DNA of 59,901 bases, counting the filler, from Rhabdomonas costata (taxonomy: Eukaryota): the NCBI GenBank assembly GCA_019059605.1. It is 11 parts of 11 records of this genome, joined end to end, with 100 filler letters (N's around TTAATTAATTAA, not from the genome) between each part and the next. Parts side by side here need not be neighbours in the genome. Positions count along the whole stretch, not along the records: positions 11,106 to 16,505 come from JAHMHO010000073.1; positions 16,606 to 21,967 come from JAHMHO010000074.1; positions 22,068 to 27,430 come from JAHMHO010000075.1; 8 more parts are not named here. One strand, written 5' to 3'. The notes under the pieces were generated by a model, which had not been told where the DNA came from, made no database searches, and saw only the letters and a list, made by a program, of their open reading frames with translations. Positions 12,165 through 24,119 of the stretch are shown piece after piece (position 1 is the stretch's first letter; every line of letters begins with the position of its first letter). The position numbers and the translations under genes were made by a program.

Positions 12165-13743
12165 TGGGAATTAAAAAGGAGCGATCGGTGTGGGGTGAAG
12201 TGTTGAAGCGGCAGGAACCTCTTTGCGCAAAGTGGTCCAGGAAAATTCATACCACTGCAGTGGTTCCGAAATGAGACGGTGCTGGGGTTCGGGGTGTTTC
12301 AGAAGAGCAGGTGAGTTCAGAAACGCAACTACGAAAAAGCAGCGACTGGTTTACAAAGCGGGCAGTTTCAGCAGGATGATGGGCAGCTTGTCCTCTGATA
12401 AGGTCTTCCGGATTTCCCCGAGGAGGAGCGGAGGTGTCGCCGCTGTCTTATCTGTTGTATACGGAAACGCAGGCAGCAGAGTATTGCTCCGAAGCTTCGG
12501 CCGCCAAGGCCTTTGTAGCTGCTGACACCGCAGCAGCGTTGGCGTGCCTGGAGAGGACCGCAGTGCTTGCCGTCGCCGGATGCTCTGCAGCAGCAGCTGC
12601 TGCTGCAGGAGCAGCGGCGTTGGGGCTCGCCACCCCTGCGACCGCTGGAGGGATATACTCTGCTGCGTCTCCGCCTCCAGCGGGTTTGGCGTGGCCTGTG
12701 TATTGCCCTCTTCCAGGAGTTTCTGATGTCAGCTGCAGCTGCGCTGCGGCGTATGCTCGTTTCTCTTGCTGCTTCGCTGCTCTCTAGAACTCACGTTTCT
12801 GTCCAAATGGCCCACGCCCGTCCCGTGTAGCTGCTCCCCTCGCTTTTTATAGGAGTATTGTTGTCCTGTTCATTTTTGGATCAAGTGTGTTGCCCAACAT
12901 GATAATTTCAGGTGTGTCATGGTTCAAGCCGTATGCATCTCTAGATTTCGGTGATTACGTTGTTCTGGAAGCCTTATGCGTCGACTTACTTGGATGGTCC
13001 GGATGGCGTTTCCTTAAGTGCGAGCACCTTAAGTTCATGGATGCCGTGCGTTCTTCTTGTTGAGAGTTATGCCAATTTGCGGCGTATATTTAATATACCA
13101 CAGGATTATCTCAAATGAAAGCGGATATGCATCGAGGCGCTCTGTGGCCTCGGCCGCCGATGCAAAGCGTGCGGGCCGATGGCTGCAGCAGATGCACTCC
13201 ATGCTTCACCCCGAGCTACGAGACCCTGCCGCCTGCAAGGTTAGGGCGAGATCAATGCAGAGCAATTGTACATCCGGTGTCCCACAGCAATTGCTTTTGT
13301 TCCCACAACTAAAGGAAGTGAGGTACGAACGAGGTGTAGTGTAGGTAGGGTTAAGCGTGCTCCCGAAACGAAACGAACGAGGTGAGGAACGAACGTAGTA
13401 AGTTGAGGGTTTAGCACGGCCAACGGGAAAATGGCCATGGGTCTGTGCGTCTGTGGACAAATTGACCTGCGCTTTTTTCCATAGGGCCTTCAAGGGCCCC
13501 AGGTTCCAATGGATGCTGCTTCGAATGGAAAAAGTCCCGGGCAAAAGTCGACGATTTAGATTTTTCGAATGACGTTTTGAGTAATAGCAGACTTCGAGTT
13601 GAAGTCTGAAAAGGTGACCTATCACCTCCTTTTGGGGGTCATAAAACATGAAAGACACACTTTGGATGCTCATAACGAGCAATATTAGGCAGTTTTCAAC
13701 CTAAATGACCACGTTTTGAGCCCTACAACGACGCCCCAAATTT

Positions 13744-14530
13744 ACCCAAATTGATGTTTTGAAGTCGGGGGTGCCGAAAAACGCGTTTTTACGCCGATTT
13801 GAGCCGTTGTTTGAGGTCGTTTACTGCGGTTTTAGCCCAATGTTGCGTTTAAGACGGCCTTTTTGGCACTGAAAGGCCCTTCAAAAGGGTCGAAAATGGG
13901 CTCACCGGGGTGAAAAAGTCGACCCTCCGGAAAGGACCCAAATTAATGTTTTTGAGATCGGGTGGTTCGAAAAGGGCGTTTTTTCGCGGAGTTGAGTCGT
14001 TAGAGGTCGTTTACTGCGTTTTTTAGCCTACTTTTGCCTTAAAAACAACCCTTTTCAGCACCTAAATATGGCCATTTACAATCCAATGAAGACGACCCGA
14101 TGAAGGCCGCGCCCCAAGGTAAGCGTCAAGGTTGACATATCTAGCTTTTAGCTTGCGATTCATTTCTGGTGGCGGAGGAGCTAGAGACGAATGGACACCG
14201 ATCAACCTTGAAGAAAACAATCCAAAATGAACGCAAAAAAAATGAACACACTGCCCGGAATCAGTGCGGTGCCACCTTGACTTATTGCTCCATTTTTGGG
14301 ATTGTGGAGCACTACAAACAGTCTTTAGAAGTTTGATTCGAGTGTTTCGATCCTCATCTGGCAGATTTTGATGCAAAATTGGGGCGTTTTGAACCTTCAA
14401 CGGGTCCACAGGCATGGATCCAAAACTGGTATCATCGGGGTGAAAGTATCGACATTCCGGAAATCGACCCAAATTGACGCTTTTGAGGTCGTGGGTCAAA
14501 AAATGCTCTTTTGCGCCAATTTGAGCACCT
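13744..14530. repeat. Degenerate repeat with a unit of about 190 bp
   Basis: ACCCAAATT(G/A)A...TTTGA... blocks at 13744, 13936 and 14467. The first two share GAGGTCGTTTACTGCG. The second and third are preceded by CGGGGTGAAA...TCGAC...TCCGGAAA. Confidence 0.7.
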
Positions 14531-14899
14531 TATGGGGTGGCTTCTACTCTTCCCATTTCAATGCCCTTTTCTGCTCATAAAAACTTATGCAAATCAGAAA
14601 AATGGGCGATTTCGATTTCGAAGAAGTCGTAGCGGTGCGGAAGTCCAAAACTGCATACCCAGACCGTGGAAGTTGTTTATTGTAACCGTGTGAAACCGTT
14701 TCGTTTTGTGCAAGCGCCTGCGTTCAGCGCCCCTTCTTGTGCATTCTGAGCATCTTGGGCGCCAAGTGGACTTGATGTGTTGCATTTTTCGCAGAGTGCG
14801 GTCAGCGCCCGAGACCTGCCAGCTGGTGCGTCTACTTAATGATGTGAATATTGCATGTTCGTTACGAGGTAATTGCAAACCATGCTAATGGTGGAAGGC

Positions 14900-16505
14900 C
14901 CCGAACTTTTTCCCACGAATACACTGTCACGTTCTTTCCATTTTTTTGAGTCAGAGTTGGGTTGACTGGCTTTGTACTCCGCTTAGTCTTCATGAGTACC
15001 TGTGTGTCTTCCTGAGACTAATGCATGGCAATGTTTCTATGTTTCTTGCCCAACATGTGGCTAGTCGCATGCTTGTTTTCTGTGCGTCGGAGAGAGGCTA
15101 GCACAGGTCTGATGAATTCACGCCTGGAGCATGCAAATGCTTCCCTATTGCAGCTGCGCTGTCCTATCGGTGACTTCCAGTCTCTGGATGTTTGGATGGA
15201 TGGATGGATGGATTGATGGGCATGTGCTCCATATGAATGTGCCTTGTCTGCGGCCACGCAAACAAAACTCCCTCCAGTGGGCCATGCTGATCCTTCGGTT
15301 GCCGCGATGGCTGCAGGTCAAGTATCTGCAGCGCGGCTTTATCGCATCCCGGAGGCGCACTCGACGGCACGGCTCCTTCAGCACCTCGCCATTACGGAAC
15401 CACATGGCAGTTTGTTAGAGGATCCTCCTCCCGAGGAAATGGCCATTTCTGTAAGCTCATGAAGTTTCCTCCCCTGCTCCTCTTCACCTCCTCTATTCCC
15501 CCGCTTACAGCTGTGAAGCTTCGAATCCACCCTGCCCCCGTCGTCGCGAGAAAACCTGGATGAGGTTTGGCTCGATCAGGAAGTCGAAGTTCTATCATGT
15601 TTGCGTGAAACCTCTCTGTTTCTGGCATCGTACGCAACACCCCATCCCCTTTTCATTCTATTGCCATGCTTTCGCGTGCTTGTTTATACTCTTCTGGTGC
15701 ACCTTCTTCCACCCTTCTTGAACCATCCCAGAGTTCTTGCCTTCCCACCACCACGATGTCAGTGCAACGATATCTTTGGGTGGCTTCAATGTCAGCAGCC
15801 TTTGCGCCAAACCACCAAAATCCATCCACAACAAACCTCTGGTTAATGTTCAGTTACAGCCCTACCCTGGTAGAAAGGAAGCTAGGCTGCTGCAGGTTTG
15901 AACTCTGGGTAGACCTTTTTCTCCAAAAATTAGGCCGAGTTGAAACCGCTTCCACTGTTTCAGAATCTCAAATATCATCCAGCTCAGGACATCCGCTTTT
16001 CGCTGCAGAATTGCAGAATTTTTCCCAAAGCTGCTGGAATACCTGCTGAGATACCAGTGTCTCATCAAAAACAAGGTAATTTACTGAGTGTAATCATAGG
16101 GCTGAGTTGACCCCCGCCGCCTTTCGAGCGGGCCTGCGCTGGATCATTGGCATTCCACTTCGAGGAGGCGACTATAGATGCCCCACGTGCCATGCTCTGG
16201 TGGATGCCGCGGGTCAGCATGCGGTTGTGTGCCTCGGTTCTGGAGCGATTGGCAGAGGACACACCTTCCTCAGAGACGTCGTTTTCGAGGTGTGTACCTT
16301 CGCAGGTCTGGCCGTTGAGAAGGAGCAGCGGCTTCCTCAGCACCCGGAACGGAGGCCAGCCGACCTCCTGCTTCGCCAGTGGCACCACGGACGTGATCTG
16401 GCCGTGGACATGACCATTCACTCCTCCAGCTTGCTGAGCGCCCCGACAAGATTCTCGGAATCGGCTACCACCCCCCACCTCGACAAGGCGGCTGCACACA
16501 ACCAC
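14900..16505 (+). mobile_element. Decayed non-LTR retrotransposon with a restriction-like endonuclease (CRE-clade-like), cut at the contig end
   Basis: ORF 16107-16505 has a CCHC knuckle (CPTC...H...C), then H-x-x-L-R-D, E-K-E, RRPADLL and LAVDMT, typical of the RLE endonuclease. Frameshifted remnants upstream (for example LQCQQPLRQ, resembling QASLPLR) look like the post-RT region. The left boundary is approximate. Confidence 0.75.
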
Positions 16506-16605
16506 NNNNNNNNNNNNNNNNNNNNNNNNNNNNNNNNNNNNNNNNNNNNTTAATTAATTAANNNNNNNNNNNNNNNNNNNNNNNNNNNNNNNNNNNNNNN
16601 NNNNN

Positions 16606-18934
16606 CGAGCTGTTGCTTCCGGATTCTCAGCGACTCTTGGTAGAGGGGCTCTGCTTCAGAATACTTGCCTTGAGTCATGTGAAGCCTCGCGATTTTGCTC
16701 AGGCTCAATGCCACATCAGGATGCTCCGTACCGAGCTGCTTCTTACATATCCTCAGCGACTCTTGGTAGAGGGGCTCTGCTTCGGAATAGTTCCCTTCAT
16801 CCGTGAGGACGTTGGCATACGCGTTCTTCCCTCGGGAGACTTCCAGGTGATCTCTGCCGTATGTCTGCTCATCGGCCCGGAGGCGATTCATGATTACCTG
16901 TTTGGCCTCCAAAAGGTTGCCCCCATCCGTAAAAAAGTCATTGGCCAGCTCCCAAAACTCATCCACCGCCTCCATTTCAACTAATAGCACCTCACTCTCA
17001 ATTTCAGGAACTCCAGTGGAGGGTTCGGATTGTCCTTTACCCTCAGGCAGAAGTAAAAATTCTCTCAACCTTTTCGCGCATACTCGCTGGCTTCGAATCA
17101 AACGAAACTGCTGCCCCATTGGGTAAAGCGCCTCCTCTTCCTCGGGATACACGGAGACCTCAGCAATTTTTGTAGCACAGCATCGGGGATTCTCGGGGTT
17201 GCTCACTGCAATCATATACAAGGTATTGCCGTGCCACTCCTGCAGAAGGCTCAACGCCCTCTCTGCGGACATAGTGCACGATAGGAACCCCTCGAAGGAG
17301 ATGATGTTGAGCTTTGGGTCCTGCTGGGGGGCGTACCGCGCTTGCATCTCTGCACTCAGGTTCAGGGAGCGGTAGCACTTCCCCTCGTGAGGACTGCGAA
17401 CGCCCAAGTGTCGAACAGCGGTCTGCAGCAGTCGCACAAAGGGCGCCAGATGGCGCTGTGACTCCTCTCGGTTGCGCAGAATCGCATTGATAGCGCGGTA
17501 TACGAAGCACTCCATGGTGTACACGGTCACTGCAACCTCATACAGCTTCTCTGGAGTGCCGCTATCTAGAGCCTCTTTGAGGATCTCGTGGACCTTTTCT
17601 GGAGTGGGGTGGCGTCCCCAAAAGTTCGCTTCCAAGTGCTCTTTCTTCTGAAGGTGCTCCGCGCGCAGCTTGTTCCACTGCGCGTACTTCACCCTCCCGG
17701 AAAGAAAGGCCGCTCCTTCCTTCAAAAGGCCCTTCAGAAGCTCCTCTACACTTGCGGCGTCGCGCTCAAATGGGACATTTCGGTCCCCAATTAAAGGGCT
17801 GATAGCAACCAATCGAGCAAACCCTTTGTTGTAGGTCCGCAGCTGAGCTCCCTCCGTGGCACTCCCTAACCCTCCGCCTCTCTCTTCGCTGCCCTCCCGC
17901 AGGCATAGCTCGCAGCCCAGGTAGGTCTCCATCACTTCTAGGCACCGTTTGCCCGCCACGGGCAGATATCCACAGGACTCTCCCCAAACTTGTTCCGCAG
18001 CGTGCACACGTCAAAGGTCCGCTTGCTGCGGCTACCGCATCGCTCCAACAGCCAAAACAGAGCCTCATGGTGCCCCCGATCTGCCGCCGTGTGCAACGCT
18101 GTGCTGCCCGTATCGGGGTCGTTCCAGTACAGACAGGGCTCCCCACACCATTCATAGACCTAAAAGACATTGTGTCTTTGTGGAGGGGGGGTCAACGGCG
18201 GGCACAAGCTGTGCGGAGAAGAAGCCTCTCAGAGAAATCAAAACCGACCTATCCCACACTGATGGCCGCATGAAGGCCAGCGACGCGGCGGAGCCGGCGG
18301 CTGGGGAGGGAACGTAGAACTGGGGGTCTTTAACGAATATAGTCGCACAGAAAAGATTGTTACCAGCAGTAACCGTAACCACACACAACCTCCAGAGCAC
18401 CCAATATTACGCCTCGCGCCCCTCCTCGGGTCACCCACTATTTTTTTAGCACTAAATGATCCGCGGATCACAGATAAATCGACAACCGCGAAGGAGGGCT
18501 TCTGGTTAACCCCGAGACCCATAGAGTGGTGCCGGGGAGTAGGGGTAGCACACCTTCTCCATCACCTCCACGTGGCCTGCTCGGGCGGCTCGGTACATCA
18601 TTGAGCAGAAGGGCTCCTCCTGAAGCTGCTCGCAAGAAGGCTGCCGTTGCGACAAAACCTCATTAAGCTCTGCTGCGCTGCCCTTCTCAATTGACACGCA
18701 AATCTCCCTTCCCGCATCCGTTTCCGGGTGCTCTGCGTTTTGGCGGACGGAGGGAGAAGCATCCACAGCAGTGGGGGGTGAGCTTGAAGATTGGGGTAAG
18801 AGCGGTGGGGGATCGTCATGTCCTGCAGCACTCAGCGCAGGCGCAGCAATCGGCGTAGAGGTGCTGACGTTGGGTGGAGGGGTGATGTCGTGCACATTGT
18901 TGGAGCTCTTCTGTTCACTCATTATGCACCCCAT
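16606..18934 (-). CDS. MGC N-terminus + ankyrin repeats + R-S-E clade ADP-ribosyltransferase domain + 42-aa TPR repeats; one frameshift near 17960; 3' end off-contig
   Basis: Exon 1 (18934-18554) reads MGCIMSEQ...YRAARAGHVEVMEK. A GT-AG intron follows. Exon 2 from 18159 reads TGSTALHTAADRGHHEAL...NKFGESPVD, then (shifted frame) YTMECFVYRAINAILR, KCYRSL, FLSCT, YPEEEEALY and the TPRs GNYSEAEPLYQESLRICKKQLGTEHPDVA. Confidence 0.85.
16626..16783 (-). repeat. 126-nt period coding tandem repeat (TPR units)
   Basis: An identical 32-nt block CTCAGCGACTCTTGGTAGAGGGGCTCTGCTTC occurs at 16626 and 16752. Confidence 0.9.
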
Positions 18935-19661
18935 TCTCTCCCCCTCTTTTTCAATTATGTCTTGGTTTTTGTTTTTCCTTCTCAAACAAAATACGACAAC
19001 GTGCTCCACCTTTGGGAAAATATGGCCTCTGTCATGTCAAAGGTAAGAAGCAAAAGACAAAAACTCCCAGAAAAACGGAACGACTGAGCGGAATTAGTGG
19101 CTTCCACAAGAAGCGATTGTGCTAACATGGATTACAATGGACACATTTTTCCTTCGGACCTCGGGTAAACCCAATGAAGTGGTGCGCGGGTGCACCAGCG
19201 GTAAATCCCGACCCCTCCACAAACATTCAACCCGAAGGCCCCTGTGCTTCCCAGGGTAAAACCATCGACCACAACATTCTATAAGGACAAAGACGAACAG
19301 CGCAGTTAGTGATACGTGGTCTCAGCAAAGGCAGTGTTTCCGTCCCGGGAAGCTTACTCTGCCTGGAGTCTGGAGCCTGGAGTCCACCTCCTTAATCGTT
19401 CCCACTTGCCCCCATTGAACTGCGGTGCTTTGGAGCCCAATGGGGCACCGCTTTGCACGCTTGCGAGAGCTTTTATCAAAAAATTGCCCAACCTGGTAGG
19501 AAGCGGTCGTTTGGGTTTCATAAGGATAAGGGAAACACTGCACTTCACGTTACATTATTTTGCAGCCGCGCCCGACTTCATCAGTTAACGTTATAACGCT
19601 CGGACCACACGAATGCAGGCCAACCGTTTCAATTCAAAGACAGTTCTGTGTACCCCCCCCC

Positions 19662-19688
19662 CAACAACAACAACAACAACAACAACAA
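19662..19688. repeat. (CAA)n microsatellite
   Basis: Read directly. Other simple repeats: (TGGA)n about 15193-15219, (GT)n about 46479-46503, (GATT)n about 56754-56793, (CT)n about 56935-56958. Confidence 0.95.
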
Positions 19689-22600
19689 ACACATACACAT
19701 AAACACACGAGCACTGCCTCCTGAACCACTGCGACACAATTGATCTCTCCGGATGACCACAGAGAAGACGCTGGGGAGGGAAATCCGGATCGCTAAGACT
19801 TTAGTCAACCCTCCCGCTTAGCCGCGACCTGACCCTGACCTGATGGATTAGCATCGCCGATAAAGAGATGGATGGCGGCAATGGGTGCGCAGCGGAGCAG
19901 TAAGCCTGCATCAAAGCTCTCGCTCAACACGTCAGCAGGCCTGAAGAGGGAACAACACAGAAGGATCTTTGCAGGCCACACACCCCGTCGCCGGTAGGTT
20001 CCCAAGGCCCAGTAGCACAGGGAGTGGTCCCCGACGCAGTCGTTGAAAACACCCCACAATCGAGGCAGTCCCTCTATTCTAAACTCTATACTACACACGC
20101 ACCTCGGGAAAAAGGAAGGGGAAACCAGCCCTGCCCTTCTGAATTGCGTGGGCTCTGTCCAGGGTCTGGGATGGGAACCATCTTCGCTCTGACACCCAGC
20201 ATGACACTCATTTCAGGTTCTTACCTCTTTTTGTCTTACGCTGGTGATATTTTGTGATTAACACGATCCAAAATTTCGTTTGGCGAGGCGTTGTGGTTTG
20301 GGAGAACATCAGCAATGTACCAAGAAAAGAAAGCAGCCCAACGGGAAGATCACGGAAAGTGCACGCAGTTCAGGAGCAGGAACGATGTGTACACAGTCAA
20401 CCCCACTGTGGATTGGTCCAAAGGGAACACGGGGCAAATGGCGGGGAAGGCGGGCACGGCGGACAGGAAAGTTTTCCGTGCACGTGACCCAAGTTAGACG
20501 ATGACCCGAATGAGGGAATAAACCGAAAGAAGGCCTTTCGGTGATGCATCGTGACGTGCAGCCTGCGTAGGGCAAACTGCCTGTCTTGTCTATCTGAACA
20601 CTGCAGCTCATTTGACACAACACACAAATTTCGCGAGCTCTAGAGAGAGAGCAGAGCAGGCAAGGCGCTGCATGTGTGTGGATGTGTCCAATAGGGTTAC
20701 CGCTCGGGAGGGGGGGGGGCTGGTGGATGCCAACTCATAGCAGCCATGGAAGATGAGTATGCGGAAACACCCCGAAAAGACACCCAAGGGCACAATACAG
20801 CCGCATCCCAGAGAAGCGGAGGCAAAAGTAAAACCGAGCCCACGCGGGCTATGCAATGCAGCCGTAGAGCGCTCAACACAACGAAACAGCACACCAATGT
20901 ACACCATTGCTCGCACTGTCCCGGGGAGTGTGGGGAGTGCCTCCTGGTTGTCCATACGTCGGCGTCGGCGTCGGCGCCTTCGCGTGCAGTTCCAGAAAGG
21001 AGGCGGTGGTGAGCGAACAAACAAAAGGTAACACAATCCAATGGCAACACGGTAAAGTGAGGAACAAGGGGAGAGGAGATCGAAGGCAGTGGAGGGAGTG
21101 GGCAGGGCAAACGAAGAGAGGGCAGCCCAACCGTCTCCTGACGTCCGTTTTTTCCCAAAAGGTTGAACACGGGACGCGGTGCATCACACAATGGCACACA
21201 AGAAGGGCACAGAGACGAAGTGAGAGAAAAGGGAGCAGAAGTGGCAGGCGGTGCTCTCGTTGAGTAGCGCAAGAGGGATGCTGCACCTCCACTTTTCACC
21301 CTTGCTCACGTCGAGGTTTTCGAGGGGAGCCCGAGCCCCCCACGCAGGAAGACCACCACCACCACACCTTCTATGGGCCTTGGAGTGGCGGCACCCCCCT
21401 TTGCACAGCAGTAAAGGGAGCAAGCAAAGCATATTACAGGACGATCGGAAATTTTCCCATCCACACGAACACGGCTGGTGAAAGGTCTGGGTTGAGGTCC
21501 GTTCCAGATCCTAACTCCCTGAATATCGGGATAGTATTGCCTTGAAGTAGCTGCAAAGAAGGCGCAACACTGGCAGCTCCCAGCTGCACCTGGAGCAATC
21601 ACAAAACTGCACACAGTGCCTGGCGTTGTGCTTCGATTCCTTCTTCGTCAAAAAGCACTCGCAGCCTGCTTGAGCGCCCACAATGGTACAATATTTTCTC
21701 ATGTCACGCACTTTTTACACAGGCACGTGGAGGTGGGGAGCGACTACCACTGTGCACCCCGTTAAAGCCAAATGCAGATTTTCCCTCCGGGCGGAGAGGA
21801 GGAGCAACCGTATTCCCATCAATCAGCAAAATACAGACAGAAAAGAGATTGTAATGAAACCCCAAAACCCAAGCTGTGAATCGAGTACAGCTTGAAAGTC
21901 CTCCCCTGAATCGGCTTGCCATAAAAACATCCGCTAATTCGGGGCAACACAATGACAACCGTATGAGNNNNNNNNNNNNNNNNNNNNNNNNNNNNNNNNN
22001 NNNNNNNNNNNTTAATTAATTAANNNNNNNNNNNNNNNNNNNNNNNNNNNNNNNNNNNNNNNNNNNNTGTGTTGGGGAGGGGAGGGGAGCCGAGGTTACC
22101 GATGGTAACGATTAGTCTTGTTCTTGGCAATTCATTGAAGAGTCTTCTCTGTCTTTTTGTATTTCTGCTATCAATTCCGTTTCCCTTGAGAAAGGATGGC
22201 AAGTTGAACCCCCTGTGGGGTGGAGCCTGACCATGGACGGTAGCTTTTCGAGGCGCTGGGTGCTTGTGCCTCTTCCCGCCGTTTGGCCAAATTCTAGTGC
22301 TGCCGCTGCCGCGGCGGTGGTAGGTAGTGGGATCAACCTCTCCGGTGGACTGGGCCCGGCTTCCCCCTGGTTCGCAAGGACCATTGCGACTCCCCCTCAG
22401 TACCCAACCCGTCCCTCGGCCACTCGCAGGGGATCATACCAGGGCACTCCGAAGGGCTGGCAAAGAGTGAAGGCTGCGGAAGCCCGTGGTATGCCATTAT
22501 CACCCAACTCTTCTAACCGACCTGCATCCCACGTCCACCCCAACCAGGTCACTGTTATGCTTAGGGACGGCAAAAAAGCTGGCAAGAAAACCGGAAGTCT

Positions 22601-23844
22601 AGCGGTGAGCGGCTGCCTCCCCAGATACCGAAAAAAGTATCGGAACCGCATCGGATGCTCATTTGTTGATGATCGCTACCGAAGAATGCAATCCCTTTTT
22701 CCGTCGTACGCGTTCATGTCACCTATTCACCTGTTTGTCTTCGGCATCCAGCCCAATCCTGGGCCGACTTCAACCCGACACTCTTTGGCGGACCCAATCG
22801 CAAGCACGCACGCGCACGCACACAATCGCTGCATCGTTCTCCGTTGTTTTACACACTGTGCGTTCGCAGCCTCCTACTTATGTCCATGATTATGCTTGAT
22901 GACCCTTTCACTTTCTATTTCCCGTTCTTGTCGGGTGGATCGTCCTAGCTCGGGAGCGTTGAGCAAGAATCTGCAACCTTGGTCTTGCACGAGATCCGTG
23001 CCCAATCACTGCAAATTGTAACCGCAAGTCTTTTTTTCACTTTGACTTTGTAAACGACATTTGTCAATAAAGTCACTCATAAATGCTCTCTGCGCTTCTT
23101 CTCACTGAGCGGTTGCCTTTTAGGACGCGCCTACTGTGGATGCAAGCCCTCTACCAGGGAGAAGCCTCCACTCTTGAAGAAAGGTATGGGTGGACAAATG
23201 GGTTAGGGTACTTGTGCGTTTCCTGTGAGGACCTTCTTCTTGGAGCTTTCACCAAAGCATGCCAATTAACAGCTCGCGAGCAGCATCCCAAATCATTCTG
23301 CTCCAGAAACCGTTGTTTCAAGACCGATCAGCAGCATTTAACGAGGATGAGTGTTCTACCGTCACTCATGAATAACGTTTGCAGTTCAATCGAACACATA
23401 AAAATGTTTTCTATGGTATCATCTTTCCCATTTCCCAGAGACTCTTACGCCGGCATTTGCAGAGACGTTTGCACTTGGTGGGGCATGCACACACGGGGGC
23501 CGACATTTCAAAAGAGGAGCAAAGAAAAACTGAGAGCAACTTGATAGAAGTGCACGAGAAATAGGACCCAGTAGCAGGCGTAAACCGCTTTCAACGTGGG
23601 CCAGCGCGCCGCGGCCTGAGCCAAACACTTGACCACCGTCATGTTCCTCTGGAATTCCAACAGGGGCTTAAGGTGGTGATCGTAAGGGGGGGTCCGCTAG
23701 GTCCGTTCTGAATTCCGAAGATTCCTAAACCCGAAGATTGCTACTCACTCAGTTCTCAGAACGCTTCTCACGGAGGTGAATAGTGGGTGGTATAAAGGAG
23801 TCCAAGTCCGGCCTCTTTGTCAGTTTATGTCCATTGCCCCTCAG

Positions 23845-24119
23845 GCCCGTGCACGCGAAGTGTCGGTGTTCAAGTCCCGGAGGGCCTGTCGGGAGAGGGC
23901 CTTCCCCATGGCGCTTCCATCGGTGGAGCCCTCCCTGAGGGGCTGTGCGTGCTGTGCCTGGAGCGCCCGCGCCGGGCGTGCATTGTAGACTGTGGGCACG
24001 CGCAGTTCTGCATGGAGTGCCTGCGGGAGTACGTCGCGGTGAGCCGGCAGTCCGGGCTGCCCCCGCTGTGCCCGGTGTGCCGAGTCGGGGTGCGGAAGGT
24101 CATCACGATCTTTGTCTGA
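23845..24119 (+). CDS. Terminal exon encoding a C3HC4 RING finger (putative E3 ligase)
   Basis: CVLC...CGHAQFCMEC...CPVC followed by a TGA stop; AG acceptor at 23843-23844. Confidence 0.85.

Noticed and set aside
19805-21711. Possible minus-strand gene upstream of the ART gene
   Set aside because: Some exon-like pieces (MDNQEALPTLPG...) exist, but no coherent protein or family could be assembled.
22068-22889. 224-aa plus-strand ORF and interrupted minus-strand ORFs
   Set aside because: No recognisable domain or consistent exon structure.
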